A DNA stretch of 64,000 nucleotides from an uncultured Thiomicrospira sp. (GCA_965195345.1 OZ239628.1:1280001-1344000); one strand, 5' to 3'. Shown: positions 20,340 through 30,705, counted from the first letter of the stretch. Program-made: numbers and translations. The notes: a model not told the origin generated them from the sequence alone.

Positions 20340-20792
20340 TTACTTGAACCATTTCAACAATGCTCGTTTAACTGAGTAATACTCTTGACTCATCTTAATA
20401 TTTTTCATTTTAGGAATTGAGATAATAAAGATACCTATAAAATATGCAAGTACGCCTTCAAAAATTCCTGGTGATGGAAACAAAAGCCATAGCAATGAAA
20501 TCGGTACTATTAATGCAAAAATAATGCTCTCTATATCTAAAGGAGAAAAAGAAACTACAAACGTAAATACTGAATGCAGATAACAGTACGACATAATAAT
20601 TAATATTTCATTTTTTCTCCAGAAATATAGTGCTATCATAGGTAATGAAATAGTGAAAATATAAATGGGTAAACCATAGTAAGCAAAAGGTAGATTTATT
20701 TCCCTACTCAACGAAAACGTATATGATCGAAGCTCAGCTGCTAAATAAGCAGTGCTGCCACAAATAATAAAAAAGATAACTGAAGATTTCAT
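20340..20792 (-). CDS. membrane protein, candidate immunity protein for the PLA2-like tip
   Basis: 150 aa, strongly hydrophobic; starts 5 bp after the stop of 20798..21400. Confidence 0.6.
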   Translation of the reverse strand: MKSSVIFFIICGSTAYLAAELRSYTFSLSREINLPFAYYGLPIYIFTISLPMIALYFWRKNEILIIMSYCYLHSVFTFVVSFSPLDIESIIFALIVPISLLWLLFPSPGIFEGVLAYFIGIFIISIPKMKNIKMSQEYYSVKRALLKWFK

Positions 20793-20797
20793 GTGCG

Positions 20798-21420
20798 CTA
20801 CTCAGGTTCATAAGTATTCTTAAACTGCCAATTAATAAACCTAATCATATTTTTTTGTCCATAAGTTAAGCTAGAAGGATTAAGCGAATTTAGAGAATTT
20901 AAATATTTTTGATCAATCAAATGTCTTTTGTAATTTGAATGTTTCCCAGGACTCCATTCAATGTTGTTATTATAAAAATCTATATCATGCTCTTGTGAAA
21001 AACCATCAATTCTATCAATTGGAAGGTATCTTGAGTCCGCAGGATTTGGGTATTGGTCATCATCCGTATGCCCCTTACCGGTGAAATTTCCATAGCGCGG
21101 TTCTTCTGGATTTATATTTCCATCTGTAGTACCACATTGCCCATGAAAACAATCATTATACAGATGTGCAATCGATGAATAATAGGCACCACGAACAAAG
21201 TCATTCCCTGATGCAGCTGCTGCTAATCCTCCTGCAAAACCAACAAAGATCGTGCTACCAATAACTGTTGCTGGATCAGACGAATAATCTTCTCCAAAAT
21301 TTTGTCTAAAGACATAACTAGCTGATTTCGAGATCACACCACGCAAAAATCCACTACCAAAATTACCACCACTAAATTGACTGACTGCCCCCTGTGTCAA
21401 TCCATGGAGTGCAAATACTT
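20798..21420 (-). CDS. orphan Rhs-type toxin tip cassette 2 with phospholipase A2-like domain
   Basis: (FALHGL)TQGAVSQFSGGNFGSGF..SIAHLYND pre-toxin segment, then YGNFTGKGH..PIDRIDGFSQEHDIDF..IDQKYL PLA2-like motifs. Confidence 0.68.
21152..21313. repeat. 162-bp direct repeat, copy 1 (copy 2 at 22473..22634)
   Basis: Aligned by eye: 6 mismatches over 162 bp; encodes RQNFGEDYSSDPATVIG..SSIAH(L/F)YND. Confidence 0.92.
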
Positions 21421-21432
21421 TATAGCTATACG

Positions 21433-21543
21433 GAGTGTCCTTAAACTCAGACCCTATCTCTTAGGCGGTATTCCGACCAAGAAGATGCTGAATGTGGCTT
21501 AACCTTTCTACTAATTTAGTCCCTTTAAAATGGGAGTATTACA
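21433..21543 (+). mobile_element. IS3-family (IS407-group-like) right-end remnant
   Basis: RPYLLGGIPTKKMLNVA* resembles an IS3 transposase C-terminus, followed by ..ccctttaaaatgggagtattaca ending in CA like a terminal IR. Confidence 0.45.
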
Positions 21544-21562
21544 CCGCGCGTTACTGAAGCAA

Positions 21563-22060
21563 CTATAAATTTACCCAAAAAATAAATGCTATAAAGAGAT
21601 TTATCAAACACCAAAAAGCTATGACTTTTTCAAAAATATATTCTCGGAGGTAATTTCTCAAGTATTGAGAATTTGTATCATCTGATTGCAGTGCTTTTAT
21701 CATTTTATAGGTAGTGGTAAAAGTAGGCGCAATTTTTTCTACATAATCTGTCTGATAATTTGTAAAAACACCATTATATGCTGCACTGTTTTTAATAATA
21801 GGTTCAAGCTTTTTCCACATTTCAGGGTGACAATGCTTAATAATATCCCAATTACTAAAATTTATAAGAGTCCTAAAGAAAGTTACGTATGAGACCAGTC
21901 CCGCATTAAGTAGAAAGCATAAAAATGCGTAATCAAATAAAGTATTAGAAAAATAGAAATAAAAAGTAAGAACCGTATTGATTATGCACAAAGTATAAAT
22001 TACGAAACGCTGTACGTTCGACAGAAACTTTGCTTTTTTTTCACAATAAATTCCTTGCAT
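21563..22060 (-). CDS. membrane protein, candidate immunity protein for cassette 1
   Basis: 165 aa with N- and C-terminal hydrophobic segments; starts 4 bp after the cassette 1 stop. Confidence 0.6.
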   Translation of the reverse strand: MQGIYCEKKAKFLSNVQRFVIYTLCIINTVLTFYFYFSNTLFDYAFLCFLLNAGLVSYVTFFRTLINFSNWDIIKHCHPEMWKKLEPIIKNSAAYNGVFTNYQTDYVEKIAPTFTTTYKMIKALQSDDTNSQYLRNYLREYIFEKVIAFWCLINLFIAFIFWVNL

Positions 22061-22064
22061 TAAA

Positions 22065-22634
22065 TTACGGTACGTTATCCGGTATTTGTGGTATCGTTAA
22101 AGGTATTATTTGTGTATGACTTATAACAGAAAATCCAACAAGTGAAAAAAGAGATGGTGACACTCCAAATTCAAAATAGCCTCCTTTATAGTTAGAGCCA
22201 TGTAAAAATGTTCCTCCGTATCCACCAGATATCCCATAGAATGTTAAATCACCCCCAACATCGGTCGAAGACCCTTCAAGCAGTGATAAATCGTTAGTAT
22301 CTTTTATCACAGTTCGTTTAAACGTGAGTGTACCTCCACCTGTACCAACTCTTTTTCCGCCTCCTTTTGAAAACATTCCTTTACATTCTCCATAATCATT
22401 ACAGCCTTTTCCAACACTGATTGCTCCTTCCCCTACTAATCCTCCAGAGATTTCTAATTCTATTATAGTCAGATCATTATAAAAATGTGCAATCGATGAA
22501 TAATAGGCACCACGAACAAAGTCATCCCCTAATGCAGTTGCTGCTAATCCTCCTGCAAAACCAACAAAGATCGTGCTACCAATAACTGTTGCTGGATCAG
22601 ACGAATAATCTTCTCCAAAATTTTGTCTAGAGAC
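22065..22634 (-). CDS. orphan Rhs-type toxin tip cassette 1 (Gly-rich tip; no obvious start for the full frame)
   Basis: Frame is open upstream of the 103-aa ORF: RQNFGEDY..SIAHFYND|LTIIELEISGGLVGEGAISVGKGCNDYGECKGMFSKGGG..; includes repeat copy 2. Confidence 0.65.
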   Translation of the reverse strand, partial: VSRQNFGEDYSSDPATVIGSTIFVGFAGGLAATALGDDFVRGAYYSSIAHFYNDLTIIELEISGGLVGEGAISVGKGCNDYGECKGMFSKGGGKRVGTGGGTLTFKRTVIKDTNDLSLLEGSSTDVGGDLTFYGISGGYGGTFLHGSNYKGGYFEFGVSPSLFSLVGFSVISHTQIIPLTIPQIPDNVP

Positions 22635-22894
22635 GGTACGAGGAACAGTATTCGAGTATCTATGGAGAAAGGTTACCCAATCATACCGTTAATTTTTGAT
22701 GACTTCGTTCCACCATTCGGGAATAGCCGTTCCGTGGGAATAGGTACCGTTGGTTCTTCACTTGTAGTCTTAAATACACATAACTTTTGCCCCTCCTCTG
22801 ATTAGCTTCTGACTTTCGGTAACCTTTCTAATTACATGATAAATAATACTTTTGACAAGGTGTTATTGATTGAATAACTTTTCACAACGTTTGC

Positions 22895-22935
22895 AAAAGC
22901 CTCGCAGAATTTCATATCCTTATGCGAGGCTTTTT
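22895..22935. terminator. rho-independent terminator-like hairpin (bidirectional)
   Basis: aaaagcctcgca (22895-22906) / tgcgaggctttt (22923-22934) with A and T tracts at the base. Confidence 0.65.
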
Positions 22936-23680
22936 GGTTAATTTTTAACTTTCATTACTTGACCACCTTTCTCATAGTATTCAAAAAGAAATATAAATAC
23001 TAATCATCTAGATGTGAGCAGAAAATTGCACAACTATTGAGGGAAAGGAGAACGGCCAGTTATACTATTGTTATGCAACTGAGAATTAACACTATGTTGA
23101 TTAATCGACCTCCACCCAATCCAAGATCACTCTCATCTAAATTGTTCGTTAGCTTAATTTTGTAGCTAACATTCCAGCTTTCTTTGAACGATTGAGTTGG
23201 TGCTTGGTATTACGCATCTACGCTGTAAGATACTAAGCGCTACTGTAGTGTCTTTTGCTGTATAATGCATATCTACAGCTTCTCAGCGACGTCGCCAGCA
23301 ATCGTACTTTAGATGCATCCCCAAAGAAGTGATCCTGTTGTTCAATTTCAATGCGCATAAAAACGGATCTTAAGCATAAAGTTAGCTCTCAGTAACGATA
23401 CAACGTAAATCAACTTTAAAATTTAGTGTTTTATTTGATTATGGTTGTTGATTTCTGATGTGTGTAATTGAAATACGGGGACTGTGAATAATTTTTCGCA
23501 AACGGTTTTAATGGGTTGTGTTTATCATTTTAAATTGAAAAAGAGTATATTTAATCTGATTATTTAATAGGTAGTAGTATCTGTGTATCTCACTTGAATT
23601 TATATAATTCCTCTTTATATTGATTTTTATTTAACCTGTACTTAACTTTATTCTCTTTTAATTTAAAACTTTTTATTTAT

Positions 23681-24994
23681 ATGATTCCATTTTCTGATTT
23701 AGGGTTGTCTGATCCAATACTCCGTGCTTTTAATGACAATGGTTATACTCAGGCCACACCCATTCAAAAAAAAGCGATTCCGGCAATACTATCGGGTGCG
23801 GACATTATGGCTGCTGCACAGACAGGTACAGGTAAAACAGCAGCATTCGTCGCACCAATATTACAACAATTAAATTCTGAAAAAAAAACCAAAGCAAACC
23901 ATACCCGAGCTTTGATATTGACGCCTACTCGAGAGTTGGCTGCACAAGTAGCTGAAAGTATAGTAACTTACAGCAAGCACCTCCCACTAAAATCGACTGC
24001 CGTTTTTGGCGGAGTGAAGATACACCCTCAAATGATGAAGTTAAGATCAGGTGTTGACGTGCTTGTCGCAACTCCTGGTCGACTTCTTGATCTATACAAC
24101 CAAAGGGCAATTAGGTTCTCACAAGTTGAGGTTTTGGTTTTAGATGAAGCCGATAGAATGCTTGATATGGGTTTCATGCCTGATGTTAAGAAAATAATAT
24201 CTCTGATGCCCAAGCAACATCAAAAACTGTTATTTTCGGCTACTTTCTCTGCTGAAATTCGCCAGTTGACTGCTCGGATTCTAACAAATCCAGTCAGAAT
24301 TGAAGTTGCACCAGAAAATACTGCTGCATCAACCGTAAAGCAATCCGTATATTGCGTTGATAAAAACAGAAAAACAGCATTATTAAATCATTTGATTCAC
24401 AGTAACGGTTGGGAGCAGGCGTTGATTTTTGCACGAACCAAACACGGAGCAAATAAGTTAGCAGAGCAATTACATCGCGACAAGATAAGCGCGGTAGCAT
24501 TCCATGGGAACAAAACCCAAGGTGCCCGAACTCGTGCTCTAGCGGACTTTAAATCAGGGAAAGTAAGAGTACTCGTGGCTACAGATATTGCTTCAAGGGG
24601 CATTGATATTATAGATTTGCCGCAAGTTGTTAATTATGAGTTGCCTAATTTGCCTGAGAATTATATACATCGCATTGGGCGTACTGGCAGGGCTGGGGTT
24701 GAAGGAGATGCTATATCTTTGGTCAGTATTGATGAAATGAAATTTCTGAATGATATCGAGCGTTTGCTCCAAAAAAAGATAGAGCGAAAAGAAGAAGTAG
24801 ATTTTGAACCATCGGTGGCGTTTCCTAATCCTGAGTTAAGACCGCTCAAGTCGAAAAAACCGCATAAAGGTAAGTTTCATAAAAAAAGACAATCGAGCGA
24901 TTCTGACAAACCAAAATCTTTTTCTCGGGAGGCTATCAAGCAGAAAAAGTTTCAATCCAAAAAATCTTCAAAACCAAAAAAGCCATCATATTAA
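23681..24994 (+). CDS. rhlE: DEAD-box RNA helicase, RhlE-like
   Basis: [38 protein letters not shown]; basic C-terminal tail. Confidence 0.88.
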   Translation: MIPFSDLGLSDPILRAFNDNGYTQATPIQKKAIPAILSGADIMAAAQTGTGKTAAFVAPILQQLNSEKKTKANHTRALILTPTRELAAQVAESIVTYSKHLPLKSTAVFGGVKIHPQMMKLRSGVDVLVATPGRLLDLYNQRAIRFSQVEVLVLDEADRMLDMGFMPDVKKIISLMPKQHQKLLFSATFSAEIRQLTARILTNPVRIEVAPENTAASTVKQSVYCVDKNRKTALLNHLIHSNGWEQALIFARTKHGANKLAEQLHRDKISAVAFHGNKTQGARTRALADFKSGKVRVLVATDIASRGIDIIDLPQVVNYELPNLPENYIHRIGRTGRAGVEGDAISLVSIDEMKFLNDIERLLQKKIERKEEVDFEPSVAFPNPELRPLKSKKPHKGKFHKKRQSSDSDKPKSFSREAIKQKKFQSKKSSKPKKPSY

Positions 24995-25154
24995 AGCAAG
25001 CTAATACTGAATCTTACACTTCTTTTTGATCGTCTATTGTGGGTTACTCGTGCCCATTAGGAGTGTTTGTAATAGATGCTAATGGTAACAAGTGCATTAG
25101 TAATATAATGTTATTTCGTTTAAACGCATACAAAACATTTTATTAACTACTCTT

Positions 25155-25922
25155 ATGCACACACATAAAAAAAAGCAAATTTGTGAATTATTAAAAAGTA
25201 TTGAAACTGGTGATCCAAAAGCACTCTCTGTCGTCAATGAGAGTAAATATATCCAGCATAACCCACAAACTTTTGAAGGCAGTGAAGGTTTAGCAGTATT
25301 GTTTAAAAAACTAGCTAAAACATCACCAACAGTAAAAATATTGCGCGCCTTTGAAGACGGCGCTTTTGTTTTTGCGCATACTGAGTATCATTTTTCTTCT
25401 CAAAATGTCGGCTTTGAAATATTTCGTTTTGAAAATGGTCAAGCGGTTGAACATTGGGACAACATTCAAAAGAAGCAATCTCCTAATCGTTTGGGTTACA
25501 TAATGACTGATGGATCAACGAAAATTACAGATGTTGAACTAACAGAGAGCAACCGTTCGATAGTTCAACGTTTCGTGGAAGAAGTCCTCATTAGTAAGCA
25601 TTTAGAAAGATTTGATTGTTATATCGATGCGAAGAAATTCATTGAGCATAGTCCAAGACTTGGAGAGGATTCGGCTCTATTGCAAAAAGACATACCTAAT
25701 TCCGTTCATGCCGATTTAAATAAAGCTGTTTATAGTAAAAGTCATCGTATTCTGGCAGAGGGAAATTTTGTATTGTCCGTTTGTGAGGGCCATATTGATC
25801 AGATTCACACCTCTTTCTTTGATCTTTATCGATTAGAAAACGAAAGAATCGTTGAGCACTGGGATACAACTGAGATCATCCCTCCGCGTAATGAATGGCA
25901 AAACGACAACGGAAAGTTTTGA
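25155..25922 (+). CDS. tandem SnoaL/NTF2-like fold protein
   Basis: Two repeats, YIQHNP..FRFENGQAVEHWD and FIEHSP..YRLENERIVEHWD. Confidence 0.8.
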   Translation: MHTHKKKQICELLKSIETGDPKALSVVNESKYIQHNPQTFEGSEGLAVLFKKLAKTSPTVKILRAFEDGAFVFAHTEYHFSSQNVGFEIFRFENGQAVEHWDNIQKKQSPNRLGYIMTDGSTKITDVELTESNRSIVQRFVEEVLISKHLERFDCYIDAKKFIEHSPRLGEDSALLQKDIPNSVHADLNKAVYSKSHRILAEGNFVLSVCEGHIDQIHTSFFDLYRLENERIVEHWDTTEIIPPRNEWQNDNGKF

Positions 25923-26080
25923 TTATTTGTTTCAATCAACTAAAGAGCAAGAAATGTGTCAAACTGTGAAATAGTAAATTTACTTTTCTCTTTGTAGATT
26001 AACCGCTTTTAAGAAGTGTTGTTACCAATGAAAATGCGTACGATCTTCGCGCTGAAATGACAGAATTCTGAACAATGAAA

Positions 26081-26156
26081 TGGCTCCGGATGCTGGACTC
26101 GAACCAGCGACCAATTGATTAACAGTCAACTGCTCTACCAACTGAGCTAATCCGGA
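26081..26156 (-). tRNA. tRNA-Asn(GTT)
   Basis: Reverse complement TCCGGATTAGCTCAGTTGGTAGAGCAGTTGACTGTTAATCAATTGGTCGCTGGTTCGAGTCCAGCATCCGGAGCCA, 76 nt. Confidence 0.97.
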
Positions 26157-26257
26157 GCGGAGGGTGAATCTATGCAGATTCACAAGGGTGCGTATAATAC
26201 AACTAAATGCTAAAAAATCCAAGTGATATTTGCAATAAATGTCAATTTAAAATGCTC

Positions 26258-26836
26258 CTATCGTTCTTCTAGCCAGTTTTTTATTTTATTGTGCAATGCT
26301 TGCACGGATTGTTCATTGATGAAAACCACATCTGCAATCTCCATACGTTTGTTTGCATCCACTTGAGCACCTATGATTTGCTCAATTTGTTTTTCATTTC
26401 GATTGTCACGTTTAAGGATACGTTCCATTATTATGTCTTGCTGTGCTTCAATAGCGATAACCCAATCAAAAGTTTTATAAGCATCGGGATTTTGTTGCAT
26501 CACTTCATAAAGCAAAGGGATTTCAACTGCCAATCTAGTATGTTGCGCAGACATTGCTAAAATGCTCTTTTGAATCATCGGATGCACAACAGCTTCGTAC
26601 TTTAATTTTTTAGATTTATCCGCAAAAAAATATTTTCCAAATGTTTTTCTATCTATTGCGTTATTTTTCAAAATGTCTGTGCCGTATAATTCAACAGCCG
26701 TTGCTTTTACTTTTTCATCTGCTAAAAGTTCATGTGCCACGTCATCTGCTTTAACACACCAAAAGCCGACATTCTTAAAATAATCAAGAGCGATGCTTTT
26801 CCCACTTCCGATGCCACCAGTAACTATTACTTTCAT
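26258..26836 (-). CDS. coaE: dephospho-CoA kinase
   Basis: VTGGIGSGKS P-loop, IDRK, HP, EIPLLYE. Confidence 0.92.
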   Translation of the reverse strand: MKVIVTGGIGSGKSIALDYFKNVGFWCVKADDVAHELLADEKVKATAVELYGTDILKNNAIDRKTFGKYFFADKSKKLKYEAVVHPMIQKSILAMSAQHTRLAVEIPLLYEVMQQNPDAYKTFDWVIAIEAQQDIIMERILKRDNRNEKQIEQIIGAQVDANKRMEIADVVFINEQSVQALHNKIKNWLEER

Positions 26837-26867
26837 CGTCCCCCGTATAACAGGTTAGAACGCCACA

Positions 26868-27854
26868 CTAATGTTTAAATTGAGCTTGTAGGAAAAGTTG
26901 AGATTCTGGTCGATAGATTCCTGAATAATTCGGATTTTCCGTTACTTCTTCCCAGCCTATCGCAAATAGACTCCATGTGTTTAAATTGTACTGTGCACCT
27001 CCTAAGAAAGCTTCTTGGAGATTAAGAGCATCATCGTTTGTTGCTTGATACCTGAAGTAACCTTTCCATGAGCGATTGAAACGATAACTGAGAGCCCACA
27101 AAGCATTACTGGATGATTCGCCACTGATGCCTCTAATTCCATCCACCCAAGTAAGTTCAAATTCACCTCTCAATTTGGGAGTGAAATAGCCCCATACTCC
27201 AAAGTCAACACCAAATTGATTGTTTAGATTATCTCGTGAATGAAGTTGCCAAAAAAATGATCCTTCAAAATGAATGGCTTTATGAAACTGGTATTCAAAT
27301 CGCGTAGCTATGTTGGGCGCATCGCTTATCCCGTCTAAATTAGTTGAGTCTATCAATGCACTTCGTTCTGCTCTTTGATAAATGCCCAAATGCCAAAATC
27401 CTTGTTTTGCAAAGCGCAGCTTAGAGGATAATCCTAATGCCTCATTGATATTGAAGGTATCAAATCCGCCTCGGTTAATAAATCTTTCGTTACCATCTCG
27501 TCTTGAATAAGCCATCCCAAAAGCTGTTCTTTGCAAACCAACTTTTATAGAGAAAATAGGAACAATCTGATAATTTATCCACGCTTCGTCCAATATAGGT
27601 GTGTATTCTTGTGAGGTGCTTTTATCAGCGTTCACCAAGTCCAAATTGACTAATGCATGTAAATCACCTGTTTGACCAATATATCCTATCTGTGCATGAC
27701 GAAAGCTCAGTTCTTCATCGTTTTCAGATTGATATTGAATATCAATTAATGCTGTTGGTCTTTGTTTGACAAGCGTATTTGCAACTGCGCTAAAACTCAA
27801 GCTCAAGAAGATAATAGACAAACCATTTAGAAAAAAGAAATGCGATCGATTCAT
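26868..27854 (-). CDS. putative outer-membrane porin (beta-barrel)
   Basis: Signal peptide, LDEAWINY..IKVG.Q..AFG porin-like stretch, C-terminal LQAQF. Confidence 0.6.
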   Translation of the reverse strand: MNRSHFFFLNGLSIIFLSLSFSAVANTLVKQRPTALIDIQYQSENDEELSFRHAQIGYIGQTGDLHALVNLDLVNADKSTSQEYTPILDEAWINYQIVPIFSIKVGLQRTAFGMAYSRRDGNERFINRGGFDTFNINEALGLSSKLRFAKQGFWHLGIYQRAERSALIDSTNLDGISDAPNIATRFEYQFHKAIHFEGSFFWQLHSRDNLNNQFGVDFGVWGYFTPKLRGEFELTWVDGIRGISGESSSNALWALSYRFNRSWKGYFRYQATNDDALNLQEAFLGGAQYNLNTWSLFAIGWEEVTENPNYSGIYRPESQLFLQAQFKH

Positions 27855-27978
27855 AATAATTTAATATTCGAATTTAAATAGATATAACAGATATATGTTC
27901 GTAGACTCTAATACAATACAAGAAAGCTTCTTTAAATTTTTCGCCTCGAAACTCACTTTCAAACACACTATTTCATAA

Positions 27979-30705
27979 ATGTGCATTGTAACAGATAACC
28001 TACCTAAAACACTACAAACGCCCTTTCTAATTCGAAGATTGAGAGGCAACTTTTCAAACGATGTCAAAGCATTTCTTGAGTATATAAATTCGCCACTACC
28101 CGTTGATTATCTGCAGCATTTAAACGAAACTGTTCAAGTAGATACAGAAGCTCAAATGCTTACTTCTTTACGCCAGCAGCGGAACAAAATCATGGCGCAT
28201 ATAGCTGCTCGAGAATTACTTCAATTAGACGATATCCGAACGTCTTGTTTTGCTTTGTCTACTTTTGCGGATGGCTGTTTATGGTTTGCTCACAATTTTT
28301 ATCATCCCAAAATGGTCGAACGCTTCGGTGCCCCAATATCCGAAAATGATGGAACTGAACAGTCGCTCATTATTTTAGGAATGGGTAAACTTGGAGGGCA
28401 AGAGTTAAATTTTTCATCAGATATAGACCTGATTTTTGCATTCAATCAAAAAGGAAAAACCAATCATCCAAAATCGCACAGAGCCATTGAAAATTCTGAA
28501 TTTTTCATTCGCCTCAGCAAACAGATTGTTAATGCACTGAACAATCTCGAACATGAAGGGTTCGTTTTTCGAGTAGATACGCGCTTGCGCCCTTACGGTA
28601 AATCAGGTCCTATGGCTTGCGGGTTTGAAACACTTGAACTTTATTTTTTGCATAATGCAAGGCCTTGGGAGCGATTTGCTCTTGGAAAGGCACGCCCTAT
28701 TACAGGATCGAAAAAAGATTGGGACATACTTATCCCCATGTTTGAATCTTTTGTTTATCGTCGCTACACTGACTTTAGCATTCTTGAAGATTTGCGTGAT
28801 ACTAAAGCAATGATTAAGAATAAACTACTGCAAAATATTTCGGATCAGTGGAATGTTAAATTAGGTACTGGAGGAATTCGTGAGGTTGAGTTTTTCTTGC
28901 AGTCCAAACAGCTTATTTATGCTGGAAAGCAGAGGAATTTACGTTGCAGAGGCGTTTTTGAAAGTTTGGAGCAATTCATTCCTAGTGGGCTTTTGTCTAG
29001 AGAAACATCGGAAACTTTGCCTGACGACTATCGATTTTTGCGAAAATTAGAACAACGAATTCAATATTGGAATGATGATCAAACCCACTTGCTGCCAAAT
29101 GATGAAGCTCACCTCAATTGGTTAATCGAATCAATGGGAGCCAAAAATGCCGACGAATTCAATCTGCATATCAAACAAGTTAGAACACGAGTTACAGACG
29201 AATTCCACGAATTGCTGTTCAATGACATTCCTGCTGAGGCTACCATTGAATGGATTAGTATGAGTAACATTGACTCCCTATATAATGAAATTTTTCGTTC
29301 AGGCTATTCCTTTACACCTTCTCAACGATGGTTAGAATTGATCGTCAATTTCAACCAATCCAGAGTTGCGATAAATGCTTCGACAAAAAGTAAGCATCAC
29401 ATGAATACACTGTATTCAATTATCCTTAAGAACCCTCTTGCGCAGAATTACGCGGTACTCGATCACGTGCTAAAAGTACTTTCAACGACTATACAAAGAA
29501 GCAACTATTTAGCGCTACTTGTTGAAAGAACCAACATTCTTGAACTCGTCATTACTGTCGTCAGTAAAAGTAGCTTCCTTGCTGAAGAGCTACAAAAACA
29601 TCCTTCGTTACTTGATTCTATGGTTGTTCCATCACACTCTATAGTTCCTTCACACAAAGTAGAGATGATGCAAATGATTGACAATTTTATGCTGCATGTT
29701 CCGAGCAATGAAATTGAAAATAAATTGAATTTATTGAAAGAGTTCAAGCGCGCAATGGTTTTTCGTATTGCGTTTTCTAATATTAACCAAACCATCTCAA
29801 TTCATAAGACGAGTTTGGTTTTAAGTTGGCTTGCTTATGTGGTTATTCGTAAATCACTTGATGTCGCTATTACTATGATGCAAGGCAGTAGACCCATCGC
29901 TGGTCTTGAAGACTATAGAAAACTCCCTTTGATAATAGTAGGGTATGGAAAAGCGGGCAGCGGTGAGATGGGGCTTGGCTCGGATTTGGATATTGTCCTA
30001 ATTTATGATAAAAATCATGAAAAATTCAAGCTGCCAGAAGATTGGTTTTTACGACTTACTCGCAAACTCATCCAAGTCTTATCTGCCTCAAGTGTCGCTG
30101 GCTTTCTTTATGAAATTGATACCAGATTACGCCCTGATGGTAAATCAGGAACGATGATCGTTAGCTTGGAACAATTCCAAGAATATCAATTAGAAAGAGC
30201 CCAAACTTGGGAGCGTCAGTCACTAGTAAAAGCACGACCTATAGCTGGAGAAAGCAAGCTTGCAGGCAAATTCAATCGTTTTCGCAGAAAACTAATATGC
30301 ACTAAGGTCGATGAGAACGTTTTACGCGAAGAAATTTTAGAAATGCGCCAAAAAATGCGCGAAAGTCTTGATAAAACAACCGATGAATGTTTTGATATCA
30401 AACACGGTCCAGGAGGGCTCGTTGATGCAGAATTTATTACTCAGTATTTGGTTTTGAAAAACGCTTGGCAATTTCCTGAAATAGCTTCTGTACGGTCAGT
30501 ACATGATCAATTATCCAAAATTGCTAAAGTCCTACCAGAGTTTAAAGAAGGCGCACACGAAATATCGGAAAACTACTTGAAATTGCGCCAAATGGGAATG
30601 GATTGTTCGCTACAAAATGAATCAACTCTTATTACTAAGGAACAAGTGGGTGGTATCAGCGAAGTAATTTATAAACATTGGAGAAAAATTTTTGGCGACA
30701 AGTAA
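27979..30705 (+). CDS. glnE: glutamine synthetase adenylyltransferase / adenylyl-removing enzyme
   Basis: Two NTase domains: GMGKLGGQELNFSSDIDL..RVDTRLRPYG and GYGKAGSGEMGLGSDLDI..EIDTRLRPDG. Confidence 0.94.
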   Translation: MCIVTDNLPKTLQTPFLIRRLRGNFSNDVKAFLEYINSPLPVDYLQHLNETVQVDTEAQMLTSLRQQRNKIMAHIAARELLQLDDIRTSCFALSTFADGCLWFAHNFYHPKMVERFGAPISENDGTEQSLIILGMGKLGGQELNFSSDIDLIFAFNQKGKTNHPKSHRAIENSEFFIRLSKQIVNALNNLEHEGFVFRVDTRLRPYGKSGPMACGFETLELYFLHNARPWERFALGKARPITGSKKDWDILIPMFESFVYRRYTDFSILEDLRDTKAMIKNKLLQNISDQWNVKLGTGGIREVEFFLQSKQLIYAGKQRNLRCRGVFESLEQFIPSGLLSRETSETLPDDYRFLRKLEQRIQYWNDDQTHLLPNDEAHLNWLIESMGAKNADEFNLHIKQVRTRVTDEFHELLFNDIPAEATIEWISMSNIDSLYNEIFRSGYSFTPSQRWLELIVNFNQSRVAINASTKSKHHMNTLYSIILKNPLAQNYAVLDHVLKVLSTTIQRSNYLALLVERTNILELVITVVSKSSFLAEELQKHPSLLDSMVVPSHSIVPSHKVEMMQMIDNFMLHVPSNEIENKLNLLKEFKRAMVFRIAFSNINQTISIHKTSLVLSWLAYVVIRKSLDVAITMMQGSRPIAGLEDYRKLPLIIVGYGKAGSGEMGLGSDLDIVLIYDKNHEKFKLPEDWFLRLTRKLIQVLSASSVAGFLYEIDTRLRPDGKSGTMIVSLEQFQEYQLERAQTWERQSLVKARPIAGESKLAGKFNRFRRKLICTKVDENVLREEILEMRQKMRESLDKTTDECFDIKHGPGGLVDAEFITQYLVLKNAWQFPEIASVRSVHDQLSKIAKVLPEFKEGAHEISENYLKLRQMGMDCSLQNESTLITKEQVGGISEVIYKHWRKIFGDK

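Noticed and set aside
18844-22634. CRISPR array or integron cassette array
   Set aside because: The repeats are long and protein-coding, not short and regularly spaced; no cas or intI genes and no convincing attC sites.
23148-23170. gttagct..agctaac inverted repeat resembling attC core sites
   Set aside because: Short, single copy, and not attached to a cassette ORF.
26022-26222. 66-aa ORF
   Set aside because: Overlaps tRNA-Asn; spurious translation.
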